Positions 10,438-20,678 of a stretch of 64,000 nucleotides of DNA are shown one piece after another. A program made the translations under genes and the position numbers. The first letter of the stretch is position 1. The number at the start of each line of letters is the position of its first letter. The stretch is from NCBI GenBank assembly GCA_036337435.1, contig JAYZEG010000058.1, forward strand, positions 247,025-311,024. Direction: 5' to 3'. The DNA is from Myxococcota bacterium (lineage in GTDB: Bacteria; Myxococcota_A; Bradymonadia; UBA7976; UBA1532). A model generated the notes under the pieces. The model did not search any database. It saw only the letters and a program-made list of their open reading frames with translations, and was not told the origin of the DNA.

Positions 10438-11072
10438 TTTGTTTCACCGCCGCAAAACGGACAAATGCGCGCTTTGTTTAGTCGGGCGCGGCAAAGATGG
10501 TCGCCGCAGATCCGATAACGAATCAGCCGCTGGTACAACCGGCCGCCGACCAGCCCCGCGGCAGCAACCAGCATCGCAAACACCGAGTCAATGTAATAGA
10601 ATTTGGTTAGAAAAATGGAACCGCAGACACCCAGAGCCAATCCGAACACAAGTGCAGAGTTGGTTGGCTGCACCAGGATAGCGGGGATTTTATGGCCTTG
10701 ATTCCAATGGAGCTTCAGGTTGACTTGGTGTAATGCCGCTCGGTTGACCAAGGCCCTCAAAAATCCGACATGCCGTCTCTGGGGTAGCCACCAAGCGACC
10801 ACATGTTCAAAAAAAACGGACCAGCCGAGTCCACTTCTCTGGCCCAAATGAGTACAGAGCGAGTGAGGAAGGAATTGCTCGACAGCAAGTCGCAATAATT
10901 CGATGGCCTCTGCCGGCTCATCTTGGCTGAACTCGAAGCTTCCATCAGGTTTGATTTGAAATTTTGAGTCAGATATCCAAGGCATCAGCGTGTCTAAAGC
11001 CGAATCGATAGCCTTCAGACTGTCGGGCCCTAAAACGACTTCGAGTGATTCCGTCGACAGACTCTGGTTCAA
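10434..11072 (-). CDS. Hypothetical membrane protein with C-terminal zinc-ribbon-like motif
   Basis: Two hydrophobic helices and a terminal CxxxxC...CxxC. Its stop overlaps the mutY start. Confidence 0.6.
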   Translation of the reverse strand: MNQSLSTESLEVVLGPDSLKAIDSALDTLMPWISDSKFQIKPDGSFEFSQDEPAEAIELLRLAVEQFLPHSLCTHLGQRSGLGWSVFFEHVVAWWLPQRRHVGFLRALVNRAALHQVNLKLHWNQGHKIPAILVQPTNSALVFGLALGVCGSIFLTKFYYIDSVFAMLVAAAGLVGGRLYQRLIRYRICGDHLCRARLNKARICPFCGGETN

Positions 11073-11166
11073 TTTGCATTACTCCGTCATAATCCAGAAT
11101 GACATCAACATGAACACATGTTCTCTCATTATTGCGTGACTATGTACACGAGACGCTGGAGTAGCA

Positions 11167-12321
11167 ATGCAGGTCGGTCCATTTCAAGTTACATATTGTA
11201 CAAATGTTCACCCTGGACAGACTTTAGATGAATTATTTCAAGTGCTTGAGTACGATGTTCCGGCCGTTAAAAAACAACTGACAACGGGGACTTTTGGCAC
11301 AGGTCTTCGAATTGGTCACCCTGTCGTCAATGAAATTAATCAAGATCCCGACTCGCTGATTCGCTTGATCGAGCTCTGCCACGAGCATCAATACGATGTC
11401 TTCACAGTAAACGGATTCCCCTATGGTAATTTTGATGAGGGTGTAGTCAAGGAGTCGGTATATCAGCCGGATTGGCGCACAAACGAGCGGCTCCAGTATA
11501 CCATCGAGCTGGCCAAAGTACTGGCTGCGCTCCCTGGTCCGACCCATCGGACCATCAGCACGGTAGCGGGCGGATTCGGTCCGGATACGCAGTCCGAAGA
11601 CGATCGGCGATTAATGGCGAAAAATATGACAGCTGCGGCCACAGCTTTAGCCAGACTTGAAGACGAAACGGGTATCCGCATTCGCTTATGCCTCGAACCT
11701 GAACCTTGGACGACTTTGGAAACGACCTCGGATGTGCTGTCGTTTTGGTCAAAATATCTGGAACGGTCGCGGGTGAATCAGTCCCATCTAGGACTCTGTT
11801 ACGACTGTTGTCATCAAGCCCTTCATTTCGAAGACGTACACTCGTCAATCGAGGCCATCGAAGCCCACGGAATCACAATCGGCAAAATTCAAGTCAGCAG
11901 TGCCTTGCATTTGGATAAGCCTCAAGACTTAGCTGCTCGGAACAAACTGCTCGACTTTGCCGAAGGGCGATTTTTGCATCAAGTCATCGCTAAGACCGAT
12001 GATGGACTCCTCAAATGCCTTGACTTGCCAGCACTCAGAACGCCCTCGCAAGATTGGTTAAACGCTGAGGCTTGGCGCTGTCACTTTCACATACCGATCT
12101 GGTGGCGTGGGTCTGAGTTGATTCAGACGACACATGAAGACTGGAGAGCTGCAGTCGGTGCTGCACACAGGCTTGAGTCTCCACCCCATCTTGAGATCGA
12201 GACCTATACTTGGGATGTCATTCCCGACTCGGAGCGATTGGCGATGGCAGGAGGGAACTTGAGTGCATCGATCGTTGCCGAATATACATCCCTTATTGAC
12301 GAACTAGACCGAGGCAACTAG
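11167..12321 (+). CDS. eboE: Metabolite traffic protein EboE (xylose isomerase-like TIM barrel)
   Basis: YCTNVHPG, TVNGFPYGNF, VKESVYQPDW, LEPEP, GLCYDCCH, GKIQVSSAL, WRCHFHIP and HLEIETYTWDV, which match the EboE motif set. Confidence 0.88.
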   Translation: MQVGPFQVTYCTNVHPGQTLDELFQVLEYDVPAVKKQLTTGTFGTGLRIGHPVVNEINQDPDSLIRLIELCHEHQYDVFTVNGFPYGNFDEGVVKESVYQPDWRTNERLQYTIELAKVLAALPGPTHRTISTVAGGFGPDTQSEDDRRLMAKNMTAAATALARLEDETGIRIRLCLEPEPWTTLETTSDVLSFWSKYLERSRVNQSHLGLCYDCCHQALHFEDVHSSIEAIEAHGITIGKIQVSSALHLDKPQDLAARNKLLDFAEGRFLHQVIAKTDDGLLKCLDLPALRTPSQDWLNAEAWRCHFHIPIWWRGSELIQTTHEDWRAAVGAAHRLESPPHLEIETYTWDVIPDSERLAMAGGNLSASIVAEYTSLIDELDRGN

Positions 12322-12324
12322 ACC

Positions 12325-13293
12325 ATGCGCCCATTTTTATATCTCATTTTTGTTCTCTCATTGGTCTTCCTTATCAATTTGCAAGATAGGCCGCGCCCCG
12401 TTGATCGAATCAAGGTCGATGACGCACTGATAGAACCCATTGAGACAACAGCTCAAATCACCGCTTTATCAGTTCGCGCAGGTCAGCTTTATACGGGCGA
12501 CCAAGATGGCCGGTTGAGGGTTCTAAGTCTACCTGATGGACATCTGGTGGCCGATTGGTACGCGCACCCAGTCGCTCTGCGTCAGGTATTTTTCTTCGAC
12601 GACAAATTAGTCTCTCTCGGTCGTGGCGGGAGCATCGCAACATGGTTGCCCAATGGCGAACTGATTAAGCGCAGGCGTCTTGTTGGGCATCATCTCAATG
12701 ACGCGGTCATGATTGCTGACGATGATATGATTGTCGCGGCTGATCGCGGTGTTGTTGCGCGAATTGGACTCGGGCAAAGATGGCGAACCAATGGCATCCA
12801 CGGGCGTGCAACCTTTGGACTAGCTCTGTCGCCTGACGGTGAGCAAATCACGAGTGTGGGTACGGATGGAATGGCACGAATATGGTCAACAGACGGTGGA
12901 CAGGTGGTGAGAGAATGGGTCGCTCATAAGGGATGGGCAACCGGCGTTGTTTGGGACAAACAAGGTTTGTGGACGTTGGGTACAGACGCAGTGCTTGTGC
13001 GGTGGGATCCGCTGACAGGACGTCAGATAAAGAACGTTAGAATTGAAGTCAAAGAGCCGAATCGATTGGTCGCAAACGATCGGTTTTTTGTTGTGATCGG
13101 TTCGGACCATCGCATCGTCGTTCTAAATCGCGACGATGTGAATACCATCACCACTTTAGACTTGAGTAAGCGTCCATTCGTTTCAGCGACGCTAGAGGAC
13201 AAATTTCTCTGGCTGGGTTTTCGAAAGGGCGGCATCTCTTCGTGGGACGTGACGAATGGTCTCGAGGGCGTTACATTGCCCACCAAGTTCTAG
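12325..13293 (+). CDS. WD40-repeat beta-propeller protein, N-terminally anchored
   Basis: N-terminal hydrophobic helix, with repeats such as LALSPDGEQITSVGTDGMARIW and AHKGWATGVVW...LVRWD. Confidence 0.75.
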   Translation: MRPFLYLIFVLSLVFLINLQDRPRPVDRIKVDDALIEPIETTAQITALSVRAGQLYTGDQDGRLRVLSLPDGHLVADWYAHPVALRQVFFFDDKLVSLGRGGSIATWLPNGELIKRRRLVGHHLNDAVMIADDDMIVAADRGVVARIGLGQRWRTNGIHGRATFGLALSPDGEQITSVGTDGMARIWSTDGGQVVREWVAHKGWATGVVWDKQGLWTLGTDAVLVRWDPLTGRQIKNVRIEVKEPNRLVANDRFFVVIGSDHRIVVLNRDDVNTITTLDLSKRPFVSATLEDKFLWLGFRKGGISSWDVTNGLEGVTLPTKF

Positions 13294-13304
13294 GGGATAA
13301 CAAT

Positions 13305-13892
13305 ATGAATTTAGTCGACCACATTACAAAAGATGGCGGAACACTTGAGTCTATAGCGGCCTACCTCGACGGGTTGAATGACGATGAGAGAGTCCTTGAG
13401 GCCCGTAGGTTAACACCCGCCGCCCAGCGGTCACTATGGTCCCTCACCGCCGATACACAGTTGACTCTCGAAAATTTTGTGCCAGAGCAGGCAAGTGCTT
13501 TGGCATCAGTTCGGCACTTTGGCCGAAATACGTTGCCCTTGTTCAAAATGTTCGAAAAAAGGTTTTGTCGGCCGCCGAAGGATTCAGATTCGAAGGGACT
13601 CTGGGGATATAATGAAGGGTCGACTCGTGCAGCTGTTGGCCCCGGATACTTCGTATGTCGCTATACCGACGGTGACCCACGCGGCTCCGTGGTCATCGAC
13701 TATACACTCACGCCGGGTGGCAAAAGTGCCGATTGGCCGGACATTTCGTCCAATAAGAAGGGTCTATCCCGATTCGTTTACTTCGGCATGCAAGATTTTA
13801 TGCGCCAGGTCAGCGACCACGTAACAATCGGGCGCGCTTACGTTAAGGGTAAAGAGACCAACAACTTTTTTGTGTTATGTCGCGAATCCTAA
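13305..13892 (+). CDS. Hypothetical protein
   Basis: GGGGA RBS before ATG 13305, a globular-looking sequence, and tight operonic spacing on both sides. Confidence 0.7.
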   Translation: MNLVDHITKDGGTLESIAAYLDGLNDDERVLEARRLTPAAQRSLWSLTADTQLTLENFVPEQASALASVRHFGRNTLPLFKMFEKRFCRPPKDSDSKGLWGYNEGSTRAAVGPGYFVCRYTDGDPRGSVVIDYTLTPGGKSADWPDISSNKKGLSRFVYFGMQDFMRQVSDHVTIGRAYVKGKETNNFFVLCRES

Positions 13893-13916
13893 GTTGGTCA
13901 GATCGGCGGCAGTAAC

Positions 13917-16900
13917 ATGACTGACGGCTTTATGTCAGAGTCAATGCGTTCTAGCGAAGAAATGATCAGTGTGCTGCGGTACTGGTTGGCGTCAGTGAGG
14001 CTCGAAGAAGCACTCACGGTTCGCCCCAAGGCGAGTCGTACCGCATCGACTGCTCGACTGAATATGAAAGATCCCCACGGTCGACAAGCGTACTTTAAAA
14101 TTCCACTGGCAGAGACAGGTTTAACTTTGGCGACACAGGGTGATGTTGACAGTCTAACCGTCGACATTCGAGGAGAACGGGTTCCATACACTGAGCAGTG
14201 GCTTAAACGAATTTATCGGCGACAAACCAATCGATGGTCTACGTTACAGACTCAGCTTGGTGGCTGGATTGGTTGGCCAACCGTTTATTTTCCTCATAAC
14301 CAGGAGTTGGCGACCCTATTCAGACTGCGAGTTCATCTTGATTGGTTAGATGAATCTGGGACTGTATTTGAACCGCCAGATTATCGGCAGCGCAAGAATC
14401 AAAAGTTTCCCCCCCCACCTACGACAATCAAAATCTCGTCACTGTCAGACGGTGATTCGGAGCTCCTGCCGTATTCCGTTGATGACCGATTGCTGACTCA
14501 TGCTCTTGGGGTAGCCGATGAAGAACTGGCAGATTTACACGACGTTTTTCGGCAAGCAGATGAATTGAATGCCTTGGATATGGTGGCTACGGTCACCGAT
14601 TTATTGATGTCGGATGGTGATTGGGTTGCCAACCTGTCTCGCGGCCAGTTGTCAGATGAGGTTTTGGTTGCTGACCTCATCGATGCCGTGCGACATCGGC
14701 TTTCGGGGGCGTCTCGTCGACCGGCTGTATACCCGATAATCTTGGTCTATGATTCAGGTCAAATTCAGACGACTCATCATTTGCAAAGAGACCTTGCGAC
14801 AGCCATTGACGTCTACAGAACGGCTCGTCTAATTCAGACTCGAACGCCCCTTCGCCAATATCTGGATACGGTTCCAACCGAACTGGTTAGACAAACAATG
14901 TACGGTCAGTTTTCGTCGGTGCCGATGACCAATGGACAACGTCGTGTCGCTGAGTCTTTTCAGGGGTCGACCTTTGTGTCTGTACAAGGTCCGCCAGGGA
15001 CAGGAAAGACTCGATTGATCCTTGATCTGGCAGCAGCTCACCTCGTCCAGCAGATTCATGGATTGGCGACCAACGGGGTGATGGACTCCTCTTTGCTGGT
15101 GATCACAAGTACGAATAATCGAGCAGTCGATACGGTCTTTGAGCAATTTACCGACACCCCGATTCCACTTGGTCTTCGTGCTGGAAGCCAGGTTGTCACC
15201 GCTAACCGAACTACCACCAGCCTTCTCAGAACCTTGGATTGGCTTGATAGCCAACCGGAGTTCGATGCTGACAGTGCGGCGGCTCTGCTTGAGAAAAGCC
15301 TGTCTGAATTTAAAGCCTTGTTCGATGAACTCGTGGTTGTCGAAAAAGAACGCTCAGACCGTGTTTCCACCATTCAGAAACGTCGTAATATTACACGAAG
15401 GATCGCTGAACTAGAGCAGATGAAAATCAGTCGAAAAGTTGACTGGACCGAGGACCAGATCAGTGACTTGATGGTTGTAGAGCGACCCCTCGCCCGACTC
15501 GCTACCCGTCTCAATGGTCTACTCAATCGACTGTCTGAAGGGCCTAAACGAGTCGATGATGCTCGGGCGTTCTACGAAGAGACCAGACGACGCTTTCAGA
15601 AAAGAATTGTCGATGGTCTTGGTGGTCGTTTCACCTTTGAATTTCCGACTCCGCCCGATGCCATGAGCGAGTCTGACATCAGTGTATGTGCTGACTGGTT
15701 GGAGCGAGTCGAAGACGCTCAGGATCATCTTGATGACCTTCGTATTCGGGTCAAAAAAACCATTCAGAACTACCGAGTGCTCGAAGAGTTAATCCGCCTA
15801 CGTAGAGAGCTGGACTTATTCGTCGAGCACGATGATGATGAAATGCCTCAAGACGCTGAACTCGCACTCCGCCATACGCGATTATATCAAGCCGCTCAGA
15901 TGGCGAGAATCGCTTGGATCAATGTCCATCGAAAAGATGTCACCCGTGCTCTACGATCCATTGCTGAGGCTGCAGCCTCACAGAGATCCTTGAGAAAATT
16001 TTATTCTGACGAACTCACAACGGGTCGATGGCTAAAGCAGTTATTTCCGGTCGTCGGGTCAACACTTTTGTCAATCGGCAATGTCTTCTCATCAAAAGTA
16101 GATCAGTTCGAAAGAATGGTCATCGACGAAGGTGGTCAATGCCATCCAGCCTATGCCGTGTCCGCGCTCCTGCGCTGTGAACAGGCACTGGTTATCGGCG
16201 ACGTCCACCAGTTGGAGCCCGTTGTCCAACTCACTGATGACGATGAAGCACGAGTCAGGCGATCGATCCGCTTGGATGAATCAGCCCAGTTCCTAGAGCC
16301 GTATCGAATCGGAGCGTCTCATCCAAACTCAGCTCAGCGTCTCGCCGACCTCAGTATGAATGACCGACCCAATCTACATGAGCACTTTCGATGTCAGCCT
16401 GACATCATTAGAGTCAGCGATCTACTCTGCCATTATCAGCTCGATGTGCAGACGCCCGCCGTTCCGCCGACACCGCTGCTCGATATTCCTCAAAGGGTCG
16501 CCCTAATCCCGGTGTATGGGCAGCAGGAACGCCTGCGTGGTAGTTGGTATAATCTGGCTGAAATAGAGCATGTTGAGCGGCTACTGAGCCGGTTCGAATC
16601 GGTGGGCGTACCCTGGCATGATATTGCCATCATTACCCCTTATGTCGGTCAATTAGACCGACTTCGAGAGAGACTCAGGCAGCGTAAAATACCTTGGATA
16701 GGGGACTATGATCAAGACGAACACAATGTCACAGAGTCGGGCATTGTCATCGGAACAGTCCATCGTTTTCAGGGCGGAGAGCGACGCTATGTCATTTTTA
16801 CCACCGTCGTGACCAATGAACGTTCCCTCCATTTTCTGAATGAACGCGTCAACCTCGTAAACGTGGCGATTTCGCGGGCGCGGGAGCAGTTTATTACCAT

Positions 16901-16973
16901 CGGACATGACCGGCTTCTGTCTCAGGGTCGTGTGACCGGGATTTTGACCCAAGAGTCGGTTCGGGTGATGTAA
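13917..16973 (+). CDS. Superfamily 1 helicase (DNA2/NAM7/UPF1-like, AAA_11 + AAA_12)
   Basis: QGPPGTGKT, TSTNNRAVD, VIDEGGQ, IGDVHQLEP, EHFRC, ITPY, GTVHRFQGGE and NVAISRAR motifs, with a long helical insert between motifs Ia and II. Confidence 0.9.
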   Translation: MTDGFMSESMRSSEEMISVLRYWLASVRLEEALTVRPKASRTASTARLNMKDPHGRQAYFKIPLAETGLTLATQGDVDSLTVDIRGERVPYTEQWLKRIYRRQTNRWSTLQTQLGGWIGWPTVYFPHNQELATLFRLRVHLDWLDESGTVFEPPDYRQRKNQKFPPPPTTIKISSLSDGDSELLPYSVDDRLLTHALGVADEELADLHDVFRQADELNALDMVATVTDLLMSDGDWVANLSRGQLSDEVLVADLIDAVRHRLSGASRRPAVYPIILVYDSGQIQTTHHLQRDLATAIDVYRTARLIQTRTPLRQYLDTVPTELVRQTMYGQFSSVPMTNGQRRVAESFQGSTFVSVQGPPGTGKTRLILDLAAAHLVQQIHGLATNGVMDSSLLVITSTNNRAVDTVFEQFTDTPIPLGLRAGSQVVTANRTTTSLLRTLDWLDSQPEFDADSAAALLEKSLSEFKALFDELVVVEKERSDRVSTIQKRRNITRRIAELEQMKISRKVDWTEDQISDLMVVERPLARLATRLNGLLNRLSEGPKRVDDARAFYEETRRRFQKRIVDGLGGRFTFEFPTPPDAMSESDISVCADWLERVEDAQDHLDDLRIRVKKTIQNYRVLEELIRLRRELDLFVEHDDDEMPQDAELALRHTRLYQAAQMARIAWINVHRKDVTRALRSIAEAAASQRSLRKFYSDELTTGRWLKQLFPVVGSTLLSIGNVFSSKVDQFERMVIDEGGQCHPAYAVSALLRCEQALVIGDVHQLEPVVQLTDDDEARVRRSIRLDESAQFLEPYRIGASHPNSAQRLADLSMNDRPNLHEHFRCQPDIIRVSDLLCHYQLDVQTPAVPPTPLLDIPQRVALIPVYGQQERLRGSWYNLAEIEHVERLLSRFESVGVPWHDIAIITPYVGQLDRLRERLRQRKIPWIGDYDQDEHNVTESGIVIGTVHRFQGGERRYVIFTTVVTNERSLHFLNERVNLVNVAISRAREQFITIGHDRLLSQGRVTGILTQESVRVM

Positions 16974-17049
16974 CCCTCGAGATGTTTAAAAAGCCTAAAG
17001 TGCGCCCCGAATCAAAGAATGGGTCTGGCTGTGACAACCGCTTACTGAG

Positions 17050-17727
17050 TTAAAATAATGATTGCTGCTCTGTCCGGCCGTCTTCGCATGTTGAATCATC
17101 GTTTCTCGCCGAATTCACACGGTCGCTGACAGCCATCACGTCAATGAACTGGTTCGGGACGGGCCTGCAAAGATTGAGCAGGGTTTCTTGTGGTGATCTT
17201 GGATCAAGCCATGTCGAGTAATCATCGGGATGCAGGATGACGGGCATCCGTTCATGAATGTGGTGAATTCGAGCATTCGCTGTCGTGGTTAAAATAGAGA
17301 ATGTCTCGAGGTGGTTTTTTCCTCGAACCCAACGACACCAAATGCCAGCCATGGCATAGACATCTTGGCTTAAAACTTTGATCAGATGCGGGATTTTTTC
17401 AGTGTCCGTCTTCTCCCACTCATAAAAACCACTTGCAGGAATAAGGCACCGCTGTCTTTGAAAACTTGACCGAAAGGTCGGTTTTTCGGTCACCGTTTCG
17501 CTTCGAGCATTGATCATAGGTGCATTAGATTTTGGCGAATCTGCCCAGGGGGGCACAAGACCCCATTGTATTGGGTCTATCGAGCGAGTACTTGACCAGC
17601 CTCGGATCACCGGGACCGTCTGGCTGGGGGCGATATTATATCTCGGACTAAAGTCCATGGAAGCCGGTGTGGAGAACAAGTCGATAAGTTCATCGATGGG
17701 CACAGACAACTGGTAACGACCACACAT
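17050..17727 (-). CDS. SOS response-associated peptidase (SRAP/YedK/HMCES family)
   Basis: Starts MCGRY (catalytic Cys2). PRYNIAPSQ, WGLVP, INARSET, RCLIPASGFYEW and IHERMPVIL motifs. Confidence 0.95.
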   Translation of the reverse strand: MCGRYQLSVPIDELIDLFSTPASMDFSPRYNIAPSQTVPVIRGWSSTRSIDPIQWGLVPPWADSPKSNAPMINARSETVTEKPTFRSSFQRQRCLIPASGFYEWEKTDTEKIPHLIKVLSQDVYAMAGIWCRWVRGKNHLETFSILTTTANARIHHIHERMPVILHPDDYSTWLDPRSPQETLLNLCRPVPNQFIDVMAVSDRVNSARNDDSTCEDGRTEQQSLF

Positions 17728-17842
17728 GCTCATTTATCCTCTGGATGAAGTACCCTCTCGACCGATGCCCATTGGCGTTGAGCATTGATGAGGGACGTAG
17801 TTTGTCATAAATATGAGCAAAAGTAACTTCCATGGATAGTGG

Positions 17843-18304
17843 TTGATGGCCATCATTTTAAGAATTCTATTCGTTGGGCTTGTCCTCACGCTCATCGTCC
17901 TCATCGTTCAGAAAATTCGTGGTCCAAAGGCACTACGAATTCCGAGGCCTTGGAGGCGCCTTGCGAAGCGTCATGATGATTTGAGCCAAGCACTCCGATT
18001 GCGGACGGAGATCTTTCGAATCCTTCTCAAGACCAACAAAAAAGTCGACGGACCCGTCCCTGAGGAGGTCGATGGCATCATCGATGCCATGGTGCTATTG
18101 GCGACGACTCGAGAACGTCAAGGCGTCTATAACCAAACAGACGAATTGGCTCAGAGTGCGCTCGACGAACTGAAGAATGTCTATCTGCATTTTCTCAACA
18201 ACAGCAACATTGAAGATCAAAACCGTATGGACCTGGTCCGCGAAAATTTGAAGAAAAAAACCGATGAATTGAAATCAAACTCCGGCGAGCACACCGCCGA
18301 CTAA
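17843..18304 (+). CDS. Hypothetical protein, single N-terminal TM and helical body
   Basis: 153-aa ORF filling the gap between neighbours, with a hydrophobic N-terminus. Confidence 0.65.
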   Translation: MMAIILRILFVGLVLTLIVLIVQKIRGPKALRIPRPWRRLAKRHDDLSQALRLRTEIFRILLKTNKKVDGPVPEEVDGIIDAMVLLATTRERQGVYNQTDELAQSALDELKNVYLHFLNNSNIEDQNRMDLVRENLKKKTDELKSNSGEHTAD

Positions 18305-18444
18305 CTGAACGGATGGCAATTTCAAATCTCATAGCCGAGATTCGGACCGCCGGTTATTTCTGATTTTCCTTTAAAACGCGTTGATCATCAAACGCAGCCA
18401 GTGCAAGGTACGCCCGTCGATTGAACTATCGAGGGGCGAGGCTC

Positions 18445-20469
18445 GTGACAATTTCATCTTCTTTGAGAACAGACATTACGACTACGATTCGAATGCTCGC
18501 AGTCGATGCCATTGAAAAAGCTAAATCAGGTCATCCCGGCGCTCCCATGGGGCTCGCTGATATTGCTTTTCTCGTCTGGGACGAGTACCTCAAATTCGAT
18601 CCAAGCGCGCCTAATTGGTATGGACGAGACCGTTTCGTTCTGTCCTGTGGCCACGCATCAATGCTGCAATATGCCCTTCTCCATCTTTGGGGCTATGATG
18701 TTTCAATGGATGATATAAAGGCGTTCCGGCAATGGGATTCAATCACGCCAGGTCATCCAGAAGTGGGTATGACTCCCGGCGTCGAAGTGACCACGGGTCC
18801 TTTGGGACAGGGTGTCGCGAATTCGGTTGGGATGGCACTGGCTGGTAAAATGTTATCGGCGCGTATTGCTGTTGAGTCAGAGCCTTTCAATCCCATGGGT
18901 CAACGCGTGTTTGCACTGTGTTCAGACGGTGACCTTATGGAAGGTGTCGCCTATGAGGCGGCCTCGATGGCGGGTCATTGGCAGCTGGACAATTTGGTTT
19001 GGCTCTATGACGATAACAAAATCACGATCGATGGGTCTGTTGAATTGGCGTTTAGTGAAGATGTCGCAAAACGCTTCGAGTCCATGGGTTGGTTTGTTCA
19101 GAGTGTTGATGGCCACGATGCAGATGCAATTCGAGAAAAACTCGATTCAGCTGTCGCGAAGACTGGTGCCCCCAGTTTAATTATTTGCCGAACACACATT
19201 GGTCTTGGCAGTCCCAATAAGGTTGATTCGTCAAAATCCCACGGATCGCCCCTGGGAGCGGATGAGGTGGCACTGACTCGACAGGGATTTAATTGGCCGG
19301 AAACAGAGTTTCACATTCCCGCTTCTGTACGCGCGTATTTTCAAGAAGCAAGCAATAGGAAAAAGAGCCAGCATGTTCAATGGCAAGCTGACTTTGCTCG
19401 CTGGAGAGAGAGCAATCCGACGCAGGCTAAGATCTATGATGACCACTGGCTTGGTGACCTTGCGACTGATTTTTGGACAGACTTGGTTGAAGCAGCACCT
19501 GCAGCAGGTGCCACCAGAAAGACATCCCAGGCTGTCTTAAATAAGGCGGTGGCAATGTCACCAACTTTGGTGGGTGGTTCGGCTGATTTGACGGGCTCGA
19601 ATGGGTCGTCGATTCCAGATACAGCCATTGTTGGTTCACCGACCTTTTCCGGGCAAGACTTCAGCTTTGCCGGTCGTATGATGCATTACGGTATTCGGGA
19701 GCATGCCATGGGTTCCGTCGCGAACGGGATGCTGCTTCACGGTGGATTTAGACCATTTACGGCGACCTTCCTGATCTTCAGCGATTATATGAGGCCAAGC
19801 ATTCGATTGGCCGCTCTGAGTCACCTTCCCAATATCTTTATCTTTACTCATGACAGTGTATTTTTGGGGGAAGATGGGCCGACTCATCAGCCTATCGAGC
19901 ATCATTGGGCACTGAGAATGATTCCAAATCTGGCTTATTTTAGGCCCGCTGATGGTGTTGAAGTTGCGATGGCATGGGCTTGGACGATGAAGAGCTCAAA
20001 GACGCCCGCTGCACTCGGTTTAACCCGCCAAGGATTACCGGCCATCGAGCGGGCTGCTGACTTTGACCCGAAGCAAGTTTGGCGTGGTGGTTATGTCATC
20101 AGCGAAATCGCTCAGGCCGATGTCACCCTTGTCGGTACGGGTTCTGAGCTTCACCTCTGTGTTGACGCCGCTGCCATCCTGGCGTCCGAGGGAATCCGTG
20201 CTCGAGTCGTCTCTATGCCGTGTGTTGACTTGTTTGAAGAGCAATCAACCGATTACATTGAAATGGTTCTCCCCGGAGATATACCGGTTGTAACAGTTGA
20301 GGCCGGTGTTACTGGACCCTGGCGGGCATACACTGGGCGAACAGGGCTCGCTATCGGCATCGATCGATTTGGTGCATCTGCTCCGGCTGAGATCCTTGCA
20401 GAAAAGTTTGGTCTGACGGCCCCTCAGGTGGCTCACTCCGTCAAGTCATCAATCAAAGGCTCGCGCTAA
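18445..20469 (+). CDS. tkt: Transketolase
   Basis: SGHPGAPMG, RDRFVLSCGH, TTGPLGQG, SDGDLMEG, GIREHAM and THDSVFLGEDGPTHQP. Start placed at GTG 18445. Confidence 0.97.
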   Translation: MTISSSLRTDITTTIRMLAVDAIEKAKSGHPGAPMGLADIAFLVWDEYLKFDPSAPNWYGRDRFVLSCGHASMLQYALLHLWGYDVSMDDIKAFRQWDSITPGHPEVGMTPGVEVTTGPLGQGVANSVGMALAGKMLSARIAVESEPFNPMGQRVFALCSDGDLMEGVAYEAASMAGHWQLDNLVWLYDDNKITIDGSVELAFSEDVAKRFESMGWFVQSVDGHDADAIREKLDSAVAKTGAPSLIICRTHIGLGSPNKVDSSKSHGSPLGADEVALTRQGFNWPETEFHIPASVRAYFQEASNRKKSQHVQWQADFARWRESNPTQAKIYDDHWLGDLATDFWTDLVEAAPAAGATRKTSQAVLNKAVAMSPTLVGGSADLTGSNGSSIPDTAIVGSPTFSGQDFSFAGRMMHYGIREHAMGSVANGMLLHGGFRPFTATFLIFSDYMRPSIRLAALSHLPNIFIFTHDSVFLGEDGPTHQPIEHHWALRMIPNLAYFRPADGVEVAMAWAWTMKSSKTPAALGLTRQGLPAIERAADFDPKQVWRGGYVISEIAQADVTLVGTGSELHLCVDAAAILASEGIRARVVSMPCVDLFEEQSTDYIEMVLPGDIPVVTVEAGVTGPWRAYTGRTGLAIGIDRFGASAPAEILAEKFGLTAPQVAHSVKSSIKGSR

Positions 20470-20643
20470 ATAATTTAGGTCTACCGGGCTGCTCAATCAG
20501 GCGCTTCAGGTTCTATCGAGATCGTTTAATCATTTCGCTTTATGACAGCTCGAAGGATTGTGCCTACACCGCTTTTAGCCCTCGGATGAGTCCCAATAAA
20601 CCCGCGTAAATCCTGTCAAATGGCCTTGTTTAAACGGAAAGTG

Positions 20644-20671
20644 TTGACTCGCGCCCTGGCCAGCGTAGTCT
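20644..20671 (+). promoter_or_regulatory. Putative sigma70-type promoter of the glycosyltransferase-pabAB operon
   Basis: TTGACT (20644-49), 16-nt spacer, TAGTCT (20666-71), ending 7 nt before ATG 20679. Confidence 0.45.
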
Positions 20672-20678
20672 TCGCTTA

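Noticed and set aside
17801..17821. Short palindrome TCATA-AA-TATGA between the SRAP gene and its divergent neighbour
   Set aside because: The AT-rich 5-bp arms match no known SOS box and are too weak to call.
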